Of a stretch of DNA of 64,000 bases, positions 9,647-19,179 are shown piece by piece. The stretch comes from Terriglobia bacterium (GTDB lineage Bacteria; Acidobacteriota; Terriglobia; JAJPHL01; JAPKYU01): positions 1,056,695-1,120,694 of the forward strand of contig CBDCKA010000002.1 of NCBI GenBank assembly GCA_965218055.1, written 5' to 3'. A program made the position numbers and the translations under genes. The notes beneath the pieces were generated by a model, which was given only the letters and a program-made list of their open reading frames with translations, did not search any database and was not told the DNA's origin. Positions within the stretch are counted from its first letter, which is position 1. Every line of letters starts with the position of its first letter.

Positions 9647-11236
9647 GTGTGGTTGGTTGGGCATGCCGTGCTATGGCGGAGGCGTGCTGCGGCAGCCGTG
9701 GTGGCTCCGGCCTGCCTTCTTGCCTGCCTGCCGCTGCTGGCGCAACAGCCGGCTCCGGTCGACAGGAACCTGCGGCTGTTTGTGGTGATGGCCGCCATCA
9801 ATGCAGCCGGCTATGATGCAGGCCTCAATTCTGCGCACGCCAGCCCTGTGAGGCGGCTGGTTCGCCAGGAGGTCGCCGCGGCCCAGCCGGCCAGCCTGGA
9901 AGCACTGCGCGCCTTTTACGCGGCCCACCGCCATCCGGATTCGGTGCGCACCCTGAGCCAGTTTATTTCCTTCGGGCTTTTCCTTGGCGGGCCCCCGGAT
10001 TTCCCGTTCCGAGTGGGCGAGTCGGAATTGCCACCCGAGGTTTCGGCGCTGCGCGACCTGCGGCCTCTGCTGGCTGCCTTCTACCAGGAGGCCGATCTGG
10101 AAGCCCTGTGGGAGAAACACCAGCCCGCCTACGAGCAGGAACTGGAGCGCTACAATGAAGGTTTTGCGCAACTGATGCTGGAGGCCGGCGGCTACTTGCG
10201 CATCGTTTCTTCGGGTTTCCTGGGGCGCGATTTCTGGATTTACGTGGACCTGCTGGGAGCCCCCGGCCAAGTGAACGCGCGGGGCTTCGGGCGAGACTAC
10301 TATGTGGTGGTCAGCACTTCCCGGGAGCCGAAGCTGAAGGAAGTCCGCCACGGGTTGCTTCACTACCTGCTGGAGCCGCTGGCCCTCAAACACAGCGCGC
10401 TGGTGCGCAGCAAGGCGGACTTACAATGGTTTGCCGAAGGCGCGCATGCGCTGCCGCCCTGGTTGCGTAAAGATTTCCGGCTGTTGCTGAGCGAATCGCT
10501 GATCCGCGCCGTGGAGTTGCGGCTGGCTCGAAACTCCCCGGCCGCCAAGGAACAGCGCCTGCGCGAGATCTTGGAAGAAGGACATCTGCTGGCGCCGTAT
10601 TTCTACGAGGCGCTGGAGACGTTTGAACAGCAGGAGGCCGGCATGCGGATCTATTATCCGGAGATGCTCGAAAAGCTGGACGTGGTGCAGGAGCGAAAGC
10701 GTCTGGCCGGAGTCCGGTTCCGCGAACCCCCAGAGGCCGACGATCTGGGGCACCCAAGATGGTCTTCTTCTTCGCTGGCAGGCGCAACCGGCTCTCCCCG
10801 AAGCCCGTCAGAAGAAGAAGCGCTTCTGGCCCAGGCAGAGGATGCCATGGCCCGCCAGGATTTCGCTCAGGCCCGGCAGTTGTATCAAGTTACGCTGGAA
10901 AAGAACGGCGCTTTGCAGGCGCAAGCTGTCTATGGCCTGGCCCTGGTGGCCACCCAGGAAAGGAAACCGGAAGTGGCCAAGAGCTACTTCCAGCGCATCC
11001 TGCTGGTCAGCAAAGAGCCGCACCTGCTGGGGTGGTCGCATATCTACCTGGGGCGCATTTATGATATGGAGCGGAAGCGCGAGCTCGCAGTCGAACACTA
11101 CCGGCAAGCGCTGGAGACTCAGGGTGCGGAGCCGGCGACTCACCGGGCAGCCGAACGAGGCCTGCAGGTCCCGTTCCGCCGGGAGACGTCCCGCGAGCAA
11201 GGAAGGGAAAGCGGGAACAAAAATGGATCGTGCTAA
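9647..11236 (+). CDS. secreted protein with C-terminal TPRs
   Basis: signal-like N-terminus; TPR-like helices at the C-terminus. Confidence 0.75.
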   Translation: MWLVGHAVLWRRRAAAAVVAPACLLACLPLLAQQPAPVDRNLRLFVVMAAINAAGYDAGLNSAHASPVRRLVRQEVAAAQPASLEALRAFYAAHRHPDSVRTLSQFISFGLFLGGPPDFPFRVGESELPPEVSALRDLRPLLAAFYQEADLEALWEKHQPAYEQELERYNEGFAQLMLEAGGYLRIVSSGFLGRDFWIYVDLLGAPGQVNARGFGRDYYVVVSTSREPKLKEVRHGLLHYLLEPLALKHSALVRSKADLQWFAEGAHALPPWLRKDFRLLLSESLIRAVELRLARNSPAAKEQRLREILEEGHLLAPYFYEALETFEQQEAGMRIYYPEMLEKLDVVQERKRLAGVRFREPPEADDLGHPRWSSSSLAGATGSPRSPSEEEALLAQAEDAMARQDFAQARQLYQVTLEKNGALQAQAVYGLALVATQERKPEVAKSYFQRILLVSKEPHLLGWSHIYLGRIYDMERKRELAVEHYRQALETQGAEPATHRAAERGLQVPFRRETSREQGRESGNKNGSC

Positions 11237-11264
11237 CCACAGCGCGGAAGGAGAACAACACCCC

Positions 11265-12098
11265 ATGCCAAGGATGAAAATGACAACGGTGACCCTCGCC
11301 CTGGTGGTTGGTCTGCTTATCGCGATGGCTCCGGCCCAGGAGCCAGAGCAGACACCGGACACATTTGGCCTGCCCGCCGAGGAAACGCCAACCGGCAAGA
11401 AGCCACCCCAGCCCAAGACCGAGGAGGAGTATAGAGCGGCACAAGAGCTGAGCAACCTCTCCCTGAGCCCCGACCGGATGATCACCCTGGCCGTGGAATT
11501 TGTGCAACAGTTTCCGGACAGCGACTACAAAGGTTTAGCCTACCGCGCGGCAATGGAAGGCTACGGCGAAAAAAACAACGTTCCCAAGATGCGTGAGTTC
11601 GGCGAGAAGGCGCTCACAGAAGATCCGGACGACACCTGGGTCTTGGTCCGGCTGGCCACGGTCATACCGATGCGGACCCGGCCAACCGATCTGAACAAGA
11701 AAGAGAAGCTAAAGCAGGCCGAGGAGTACGCCAGGCACGCCCTGGCGGTCATTCCGAAGATGTCGAAGCCTAACCCGGAAATGTCAGACGCCGAATGGAA
11801 GAGTGGTCAAAACGACCTGCGCGGCGACAGTTACGCCGCGCTGGGCCATGTGGCCCAGATACGCGAACAGTATCCGGCGGCTGTGGACTTCTTCAAGAAG
11901 GCCATCGAACTTATGGCGAGCAAAGACGCCGTTGTGCATTTGCGCCTCGGGGTGACGTACCGGGCAATGAACGAATTAGAGCTGGCCCGCGACACGCTGA
12001 AACAGACGGTGGAGATCCAGAGAGACGGCATGGTCGGAAACCTGGCCGCCCAGCATTTGCAGCGGGTTGAAAAGTTGCTGGAGAAACAGAAGCAGTAG
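11265..12098 (+). CDS. secreted TPR protein
   Basis: GGAGA RBS, signal peptide, TPR-like repeats. Confidence 0.75.
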   Translation: MPRMKMTTVTLALVVGLLIAMAPAQEPEQTPDTFGLPAEETPTGKKPPQPKTEEEYRAAQELSNLSLSPDRMITLAVEFVQQFPDSDYKGLAYRAAMEGYGEKNNVPKMREFGEKALTEDPDDTWVLVRLATVIPMRTRPTDLNKKEKLKQAEEYARHALAVIPKMSKPNPEMSDAEWKSGQNDLRGDSYAALGHVAQIREQYPAAVDFFKKAIELMASKDAVVHLRLGVTYRAMNELELARDTLKQTVEIQRDGMVGNLAAQHLQRVEKLLEKQKQ

Positions 12099-12299
12099 AC
12101 TGACTGCGCACCGGCATCCGGCAATATCCGAAGCGGACACAGGGATTGGAGGAGTGCGAATCGTGGGAGGAAAGGAGTTGCTCCTCGCCGCCATCCACCT
12201 TGCGCACTGCACCAGTGCCCGAGGATGCTTCCGTTGCGGACGACCGGGCGGTGCTGGGTTCACCGGAGCCGCAGTCCCAGACCCGCAAGCGAAATCTAC

Positions 12300-13031
12300 A
12301 TGGGCGACCTGAGCCAATTGGAAAAGGCTATGGGGCATACATTTGCCCGGCGGGAACTGCTGCTGCGGGCTCTGACCCACAGCTCCCACAGCCACGAGCA
12401 CAGTGAGAGCGGCGTCTGCCACAACGAGCAGTTGGAGTTCCTTGGAGATGCGATTCTGGGATTTCTGGTCAGCCGGGAACTGGTGGAGCGCTTCCCGGAC
12501 TGCTCGGAAGGTCAGCTCTCAAAGATGAAAGCCCACCTGGTGAGCGCTTCGCACCTGTTTGCCATGGCCAGCCAGTTGCACCTGGGCGCGTTTCTGCAAC
12601 TGGGGCGGGGGGAGGAGAAGAGCGGCGGGCGTTACAAGCGGGCGCTGCTGGTGGACGCGCTGGAAGCGCTGATTGCAGCCCTCTACCTGGACGCTGGGCT
12701 GGAGAAGACGTGCAAACTGGTCCGCCGCTGGGTGCTCAGCCACGGGCTGGAAGGCGGAATTGATCAATTCCCCGTGACCGACTTCAAGTCGACGCTCCAG
12801 GAATACCTTCAAGCCGCGCACCTGCCGCCACCGCGCTACGTTGTGGTAGGCGAGCGTGGCCCGGAGCACCGCAAGACCTTTACCGTCGAAGTTCGGATCG
12901 GCAAGGAATTTATCTCCCAGGCCGAAGGTGCGACCAAGAAGGCCGCCGAGCAGGAAGCGGCCCGCGCCGCCTTGCTCCACTTCCAGCAACACACCGCACA
13001 GCTTGCCTCCTCGCCGGCTGCAGTAGGCTAA
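12300..13031 (+). CDS. rnc: ribonuclease III
   Basis: NEQLEFLGDAILG signature; C-terminal dsRBD. Confidence 0.95.
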   Translation: MGDLSQLEKAMGHTFARRELLLRALTHSSHSHEHSESGVCHNEQLEFLGDAILGFLVSRELVERFPDCSEGQLSKMKAHLVSASHLFAMASQLHLGAFLQLGRGEEKSGGRYKRALLVDALEALIAALYLDAGLEKTCKLVRRWVLSHGLEGGIDQFPVTDFKSTLQEYLQAAHLPPPRYVVVGERGPEHRKTFTVEVRIGKEFISQAEGATKKAAEQEAARAALLHFQQHTAQLASSPAAVG

Positions 13032-13032
13032 C

Positions 13033-13836
13033 ATGGCGGTAACCAAAACCGACGTGGTGAAGACACAGAAGACCGTCGAGACCGCAACGCTGCCCAGTGA
13101 CGCGGGTAGAAAGTCCACCCTTCGCGAGTATTTCGAATCCATTGTAGTGACCGTGATCCTGGCGCTTTACGGAACCACGTTCGCCATCCAGGCCTTCAAG
13201 ATACCCTCCAGCTCCATGGAGGATACGTTGCTGATCGGCGACCATCTGATGGTGGACAAGCTGGCCTATGCGCCGCCCGACCGCTGGCTGGGACCGCTGC
13301 TGCCGTACCAGCAGGTCCAGCGCCGCGACATTGTCGTCTTCAAATACCCGATGGACCCGAGGACGCATTTTGTCAAGCGCGTCGTCGGGGTTCCGGGCGA
13401 CCGGCTGCGGATGGTCAACCAGCAGCTGTACATCAACGGCCATCTGGCCGACGAAGGCCACAAAAGGCACAAAATGGGCAACGTGGATGTGTACCGGGAC
13501 AATTTCCCCGATTCCCCTCCCCTCTCTGTCTCCCCGGACTGGGCGGAGGCCCTGCCCTGGCACGTGGAAGACGGTTGGCTGGTGGTTCCGCCCGGCCAGT
13601 ACTTCGTCATGGGGGACAACCGGGACTTCAGCTCCGACAGCCGCTACTGGGGCTTTGTCCCGCGGCAAAATATCCTGGGTAAGCCCCTATTGATTTACTG
13701 GTCGCTGGAGAGCACCAGCGCCGACTACCGTCACCGTTCGCTTTGGGAACGCGGCGTGGGCATCTTGAAAACCCTCGTGCTGTTGCCGTTCAAGACCCGT
13801 TGGGGGCGAATGTTCTTGCTGATTCGCCCCAACTAG
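13033..13836 (+). CDS. lepB: signal peptidase I
   Basis: PSSSMEDTL (Ser), FVKRVVG (Lys), GDNRDFSSDSRYWG. Confidence 0.95.
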   Translation: MAVTKTDVVKTQKTVETATLPSDAGRKSTLREYFESIVVTVILALYGTTFAIQAFKIPSSSMEDTLLIGDHLMVDKLAYAPPDRWLGPLLPYQQVQRRDIVVFKYPMDPRTHFVKRVVGVPGDRLRMVNQQLYINGHLADEGHKRHKMGNVDVYRDNFPDSPPLSVSPDWAEALPWHVEDGWLVVPPGQYFVMGDNRDFSSDSRYWGFVPRQNILGKPLLIYWSLESTSADYRHRSLWERGVGILKTLVLLPFKTRWGRMFLLIRPN

Positions 13837-13899
13837 AAGATTTCTGGTAATCTTAAAAGAATCGACGCTGGGGTAAAGTGTAACCGGCTGGAATCGTCC

Positions 13900-16425
13900 T
13901 TGCCGCGTAAACGCACCATTTTGACAGCCGTTGCGGCCACGCTGGCCGTTGCTCTTCTGTTGCCCTCCCTGGTGAATGTTAACCGTTTCCGCAGTCAGAT
14001 TGTCGTTGCGCTGGAGGCCGGCCTGGGACGACGGGTTCAAGTCGGGGACGTGCGGTTGAAGCTGCTGAGCGGCCCCGGCTTTGACCTCGAGAACGTCAGC
14101 GTGGCCGACGAGGCGGCCTTCGGCATTGAACCTTTCGCGCGCATGCCCACCCTGCGCGCCACCCTGCGCCTGCGCTCGCTGTGGACCGGGCGGTTCAGCT
14201 TTTCTTCTTTGGTCTTCGTGCGGCCGAGCCTGAATCTGGCCCGCAACCGCGGCGGCCGCTGGAATGTCGAGCCGCTGCTCAGACGAGCCGCTGCCACCTC
14301 GCGTCACCCCAGCGCTTTGCCTTACGTCGAACTGCAGGATGCCAGGATCAACTTCAAGTCGGGTGACACCAAAAGCGTTTTCTTCCTTTCCGGGGTGGAT
14401 GCAGCGCTGTACTCGACCGCACCCCCGGACGGTGACAGCTCTCCGGCTCGCTGGCACCTGCGGTTCACGGGGTCTCCGGCGCGCACCGACCGCACGCTGA
14501 CCGACGTCGGGCGGTTGCGGGTGGAAGGCTCGTTTGCGCCTGCTCCGCCCGGTGCGCCTGACACCGGCTCCGACCTGCGGCTGCAAGTAAATCTGACCGA
14601 TGCTTACCTCGCCGACTTGCTCGTGCTGGCCTCCGGCACCGACCACGGCATTCACGGTGTGCTGGAGGTGCAGGCAGGGCTGCGAGGCCATCCCGCGGCG
14701 CTCAAAGCCAGCGGGTCGGTGCGCCTGCGTGACTTACATCGCTGGGACATGCTGCCTCCGGAACGCGGTTCGTCTGTGGAGGTGCACTACGAAGCCCTGC
14801 TCAACGGGCCGGCGCAGCGGCTCGAGGTCCAGAAGTTGGAGGCCGCTTTAGACAGCGGGAGCCTGGTCGGGAGCGGCTCGGTCCTCGGCTTGCTGGATCA
14901 CCCGCAGTGGAAATGGCACCTGCGCTTCTCCGGCGCGCGGGCAGGGAGCGCACTGCGCGCTGCGCAACACTTTTCGCCGCGGCTCTCCCGCACAATGAAA
15001 CTGAGTGGAATTCTGGACGGGGAGCTGTTGCTCAAGGGCTCGCCGCTCGAAGTTCAGGGTTTCGTCACGGGCCGCGAGATGGAGTACGAGGACAGCGGAC
15101 TGCCGCAATTGCGGGCAGCCGAGACACGGCTGAACCTGAACGGTTCCACAGTCAGCCTCACCCCGACCACTGTGGAACTGGAGCGCGGCCGGAACCTGAA
15201 TCTGGGGGCCAGCTGGAACTGGCGGACTGGAAACGGCGAGTTTTCCGCTGCCGGCCGCGGCCTTCCCTTGCGGACGGTTTCCGGCCTTTTGCAGGCCGCC
15301 GGAGCCGATCCGCGGCTGGCCCGCGCTGCCCTGCCTCGCCCGTCCCTGCCTCGACAAGGCTACCTGGCGCTGAAACTTCGCGGGCGAATTGCGCGCGATA
15401 CCGCACCGCGCGTTTCCGGATGGGGACAACTGACGCGCGCGCGTTGGGCGCCGCCAGGCCTGTCCACGCCAGTTCTCTTGCACACCGCCCGGCTGGACTT
15501 TAGGAGCGATCAGGTCCGTGTCAGTCGGCTGGTGGCTACCTGGGCTGGCGCTACGATCACCGGCAGCGTGCGCATTCCCTTACGACCGTCGCCGGTCTAT
15601 TGGGCGGATTTGGAGGTAGACGAATGGGACAGTGCAGCGCTGGCCGAGATCCTGCGTCCCTCACTGCGTTTGTTGGACGAGCCGAGGCAGGTTGGGGTCG
15701 AGGCTGGTTCTGCGCCACTGGCTGCCGAGACTCCCGCTCGGTCCCAGTTTCGCGCCGAAGGGCGGCTGAGGATCGGACGCCTGCGCTTGCCGCGCCTTCA
15801 GGTGGAAGCGGTCGGGACGGCCTTCCGCCTGACGGGCAGGAACCTGCGGCTGGAACAAGCCCGCGGTGCTTTCGCCGGTGGCACCTGGACCGGTAGCTCC
15901 CGGCTTGATTTCCGAGCCAATCGCCCGCGCTATCAGGTGAACGGGCTCGTTCAGGATGTGGACCTGGCCACACTGGCTGGTTTATCTCCTCGCCTGGAAG
16001 GCCTTGCTTCCGGCCGGGCTTCAGGCTCCCTTCGACTGGTCACTTCCGGCTGGAAGGCGCCCGATTTGCTGAACAATTTGATCATCGGGTTGCAGTTGGA
16101 GGGCAGCAATCTCACCTTGCGCAATGTGGACCTGGAGGCTGCCGCCACTGACCAGCCTTCCGTTTCCAACGGCGTCAGCCGCCTCCTTTCCTTCAGCGCC
16201 GATCTGGCAGTGGAACAGCGACGGGTGCATTTGCGGAAGGTCATGCTGGAAGCGCCATCGGGGACCTTCCAGGCCAGTGGTACGGTGGGGTTTGACCATG
16301 TGGCCGATATCTTGGTGTTGCCCCTCGACAGCACTTCGCTCAGTTCCTTCCGGCTGGTAGGTCCTCTGGAGTGGCCACGGCTCCCTGGGCGGGAAGTCGC
16401 GCGCAGGGTGGCGGGTGGCAAGTAG
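13900..16425 (+). CDS. AsmA family protein
   Basis: N-terminal anchor; long beta-rich AsmA-like body. Confidence 0.8.
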   Translation: MPRKRTILTAVAATLAVALLLPSLVNVNRFRSQIVVALEAGLGRRVQVGDVRLKLLSGPGFDLENVSVADEAAFGIEPFARMPTLRATLRLRSLWTGRFSFSSLVFVRPSLNLARNRGGRWNVEPLLRRAAATSRHPSALPYVELQDARINFKSGDTKSVFFLSGVDAALYSTAPPDGDSSPARWHLRFTGSPARTDRTLTDVGRLRVEGSFAPAPPGAPDTGSDLRLQVNLTDAYLADLLVLASGTDHGIHGVLEVQAGLRGHPAALKASGSVRLRDLHRWDMLPPERGSSVEVHYEALLNGPAQRLEVQKLEAALDSGSLVGSGSVLGLLDHPQWKWHLRFSGARAGSALRAAQHFSPRLSRTMKLSGILDGELLLKGSPLEVQGFVTGREMEYEDSGLPQLRAAETRLNLNGSTVSLTPTTVELERGRNLNLGASWNWRTGNGEFSAAGRGLPLRTVSGLLQAAGADPRLARAALPRPSLPRQGYLALKLRGRIARDTAPRVSGWGQLTRARWAPPGLSTPVLLHTARLDFRSDQVRVSRLVATWAGATITGSVRIPLRPSPVYWADLEVDEWDSAALAEILRPSLRLLDEPRQVGVEAGSAPLAAETPARSQFRAEGRLRIGRLRLPRLQVEAVGTAFRLTGRNLRLEQARGAFAGGTWTGSSRLDFRANRPRYQVNGLVQDVDLATLAGLSPRLEGLASGRASGSLRLVTSGWKAPDLLNNLIIGLQLEGSNLTLRNVDLEAAATDQPSVSNGVSRLLSFSADLAVEQRRVHLRKVMLEAPSGTFQASGTVGFDHVADILVLPLDSTSLSSFRLVGPLEWPRLPGREVARRVAGGK

Positions 16426-16547
16426 CGCTGGTAGGACGGATGACCACCTGTTGCGATCGGCGGCACCGATCTGTCCGCGGCCTGCGTCTAACTCACTGTT
16501 CCAGCGCTGCGTCTAGCGCGTCGACCCAGCCCTGCGCCTAGCGCATT

Positions 16548-17180
16548 GTGCCAGTCATGAAGCGTCTTGTTACGGTTCCGCTGATGTTTCTAGCTCTGCT
16601 CGGCAACCGGTCGGACCAGCCCCGGGCAACCGAACCGGAACTCTCAGAAGCGCTGGCGGAACAGATGGAGAAGAAGCTGGCGCAAATCACCGACCGGGAT
16701 GACCGAGCCCAGGGTGCCGCCACCAACCCGCACAACTCTCATGTAGTGACAGTTCTGCTGGAAGAAGAAATCAATTCCTATTTCAAATACCGGATGGGCG
16801 CGAAGATTCCAGCCGGCATCTCCCAGGTGCGTGTCCAGTTGCGCCCCCAACGTCCTTCGGCAACCGCCCTGGTGGACTTCGACCGCTTCAAGGCTGCCTC
16901 GCGCCGACCCATCCATCCCCTGCTCGACACGTTGCTCGATGGCCAGCACACGGTTGGAGTGCGCGGCCGTTTTACTTCCTCAAACGGTTCCGGGGTGTTC
17001 CATCTGGAAGAGGTCTCCATCGGAAGCTTGGCCCTCCGCGGTGCCTTGCTGGAGTTGCTCGTCCGCCATTTCATCCAGCCCCGCTATCCCGAGGCGGCCA
17101 TCAATCGCCCGTTTGCTTTGGCGGAGGGGATCGAGCAGGCGGTGGTCGAGGAGGGACGCGTTGTCATCCATCAGAAGTGA
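16548..17180 (+). CDS. hypothetical secreted protein
   Basis: signal-like N-terminus; co-oriented with the operon. Confidence 0.65.
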   Translation: MPVMKRLVTVPLMFLALLGNRSDQPRATEPELSEALAEQMEKKLAQITDRDDRAQGAATNPHNSHVVTVLLEEEINSYFKYRMGAKIPAGISQVRVQLRPQRPSATALVDFDRFKAASRRPIHPLLDTLLDGQHTVGVRGRFTSSNGSGVFHLEEVSIGSLALRGALLELLVRHFIQPRYPEAAINRPFALAEGIEQAVVEEGRVVIHQK

Positions 17181-17228
17181 TGGGCAGAGGTAATGGGCAG
17201 AAATGACCGGCACGACTGTTCAGCAATG

Positions 17229-17255
17229 AAAAAGGGAACCCGTGGCCGGATCCCC
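17229..17255 (-). terminator. rho-independent terminator
   Basis: minus strand GGGGAUCCG-GCCA-CGGGUUCCC-UUUUU; the stem needs G-U pairs available only on this strand. Confidence 0.8.
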
Positions 17256-17331
17256 TCTGGTTGATTTCAGCGCCCGCGCTGGTGGCTCGGAACAGCCGCC
17301 AGCGCGGCGCGGGCTGCTTTTGCAGTTGAGG

Positions 17332-17385
17332 CTACTTGCGTTTCTTCTTCGCCTTCTTTGCTTTCTTCTTTGCTGTCTTCTTCAT
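17332..17385 (-). CDS. 17-aa Lys-rich peptide MKKTAKKKAKKAKKKRK
   Basis: AGGAGG 9 nt upstream of ATG; own promoter and terminator. Confidence 0.7.
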   Translation of the reverse strand: MKKTAKKKAKKAKKKRK

Positions 17386-17489
17386 GCTGCGCATCCTCCT
17401 TGGCTACATTCTCCCTATGGGAACCACTGGATATCGTTCCCGCCGGCGGGAAATGCTCAACATGTTGAGCCTTCCCCGAGATTAGGCTC

Positions 17490-17517
17490 AGTGTATAGAC
17501 TTCGGTTTTCTTGTCAA
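17490..17517 (-). promoter_or_regulatory. sigma70-type promoter for the small peptide gene
   Basis: TTGACA-16 nt-TACACT on the minus strand. Confidence 0.65.
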
Positions 17518-17607
17518 GAACAAAATTTGAGAAACATGTTTTATTGTAAGCCGCCCACTCTCGCCACTCCTATTCCTCGCCGTTGGACTCCGCCAACCTC
17601 ATTGCGG

Positions 17608-17684
17608 TCGACAACCAGCATTGACAACACCAGCGATTGACAACAGCAGCGATTGACAACAGCAGTTGACGACAGTAGTTGACA
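17608..17684 (+). repeat. array of TTGACA-containing 13-16 bp repeats
   Basis: units start at 17608 (degenerate), 17621, 17637, 17653, 17666, 17679. Confidence 0.85.
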
Positions 17685-17707
17685 AGCGGCCAGACGCGCT
17701 CTATGTT
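17679..17707 (+). promoter_or_regulatory. sigma70 promoter of the porin operon
   Basis: TTGACA-17 nt-TATGTT. Confidence 0.7.
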
Positions 17708-17712
17708 TTGTG

Positions 17713-17748
17713 AACCATGGTATGGTTTACTTTTAAACCTAGGTTAAA
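17713..17748. promoter_or_regulatory. candidate DtxR-family operator(s)
   Basis: inverted repeats AACCAT-GGT-ATGGTT and AACCTAGGTT just downstream of the -10. Confidence 0.55.
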
Positions 17749-19108
17749 GAAGATCCAAGCCACCTGGCTGTTTTTCCTGCTTGCCGTTGGCGCCGTTGGT
17801 GCAGCCGTTGCGGAGCAGTCTCCGGACCCGCAAGCGCGCATCCGCGCTTTGGAGGAGCAGGTGCGTCAGTTGGAAGAACGCCTCGCGCGGCTGGAGGCGA
17901 GCGCCGTCCGGCCACAGGCGGCGGTTTCCGCCCCTACCACGGCGCCGTCAACTCCGGCGTCTCCCGAGGTGTCGGTGCCGCCGGTGGAGGCGCCTGCTGG
18001 CACCGCCGCGCCGGTGCAGGCCGTTTCGGTGACTGCCAGCTCGCCCCCAATTAAGGATTCCGAGGAAAGCGTAAATCTGCCCTATGCGGGCTACATGGAA
18101 TTTCACCTGAACAAGCCGCGTGGAGAATCCGCACAGTTCGACTTTCACCGGTTCGTGCTGCTGTTCGGCCACAGTTTTTCGTCGCGCATCAAGTTCTGGT
18201 CGGAGCTGGAGCTGGAACACTCCATTGTCGAAGGCGGAGAGGAAAAGGGGGAGCTAGAGCTGGAGCAGGCCTACCTGGATTTCTACCTGAATCCCTATTT
18301 CAACCTGCGTGGGGGAATGGTGCTGGCGCCGATGGGGATCATCAACGAGCGGCACGAACCGCCTGCCTTCTTCGGAGTCGAGCGCCCGATGGTGGACACG
18401 GTAATCATCCCCAGCACTTGGTTTGATCTTGGCGTGGGAGCCTGGGGGGATTTGGGGCGGGGCTTCACCTATCGCTTCTACCTGATGTCGCCGCTTGACG
18501 CCACCGGCTTTAGTGCGGACGAGGGTCTGCGCGGCGGCCGCCAGAAAGGCTTCCGCTCCAACGTGCGCAACTTGGCCAGGACGGCGCGGGTGGAATACCG
18601 TGGCATTCCTCGGCTGACGCTGGGCGGCAGCATCTGGGCGGGGCGCACGGGGTTCGACACGCCCGACCTGGACGCGCCGGTGCGTCTGGGCAGCTTCGAC
18701 GGGCGTTACTCCTGGAGTCGCCTGGAATTCCGTGGCCAATACGCGCATGGGTGGATTCGGGAAGCAGGATTGCTCAACCGCACGTTGCAGCGGCGCCGCG
18801 GCGTCAACCCCAACATCGCTGAGCAGATTCGGGGATTCTACCTGGAGGGCGGCGTCTACCTGTTGCCGTTCCATAGCTCGCAGAATCTGGCGGTGTTCAC
18901 CCGCTACGAGAATTTTGATACGCAGTACCGGATGCCGGACGGCTTCTTGCCCCTGGCGCAGTTCGACCGTTCGAGCTGGACGGTGGGTGCCAGCTACTTC
19001 CCGCACCCGGACGTGGTGTTCAAGGCCGACTACGTCTTCAACCGCAACGCCAGTCAGGTGATCGAAACCCGGGATCAGTTTAATCTCGGCCTCGGCTGGT
19101 GGTTTTAG
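17717..19108 (+). CDS. outer-membrane porin (OprO/P-like beta-barrel)
   Basis: signal peptide, coiled coil, ELELEQAYLDF, C-terminal aromatic WWF. Confidence 0.8.
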   Translation: MVWFTFKPRLKKIQATWLFFLLAVGAVGAAVAEQSPDPQARIRALEEQVRQLEERLARLEASAVRPQAAVSAPTTAPSTPASPEVSVPPVEAPAGTAAPVQAVSVTASSPPIKDSEESVNLPYAGYMEFHLNKPRGESAQFDFHRFVLLFGHSFSSRIKFWSELELEHSIVEGGEEKGELELEQAYLDFYLNPYFNLRGGMVLAPMGIINERHEPPAFFGVERPMVDTVIIPSTWFDLGVGAWGDLGRGFTYRFYLMSPLDATGFSADEGLRGGRQKGFRSNVRNLARTARVEYRGIPRLTLGGSIWAGRTGFDTPDLDAPVRLGSFDGRYSWSRLEFRGQYAHGWIREAGLLNRTLQRRRGVNPNIAEQIRGFYLEGGVYLLPFHSSQNLAVFTRYENFDTQYRMPDGFLPLAQFDRSSWTVGASYFPHPDVVFKADYVFNRNASQVIETRDQFNLGLGWWF

Positions 19109-19179
19109 GAGATGGGATCCTTGCGGACTAGTTCATGGACCATGGAGGCTTTTCAATTTCATCCGACGGAGGCAACCAG

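Noticed and set aside
10623-11264. Long N-terminal extension of the second TPR ORF
   Set aside because: Overlaps the upstream gene in another frame; RBS and signal peptide point to a start near 11265
12099-12299. Possible RNase III autoregulatory leader upstream of rnc
   Set aside because: Only short stems could be seen by eye; no long duplex supported
17608-17684. Possible mini CRISPR array
   Set aside because: Units are 13-16 bp with no unique spacers, and there are no cas genes
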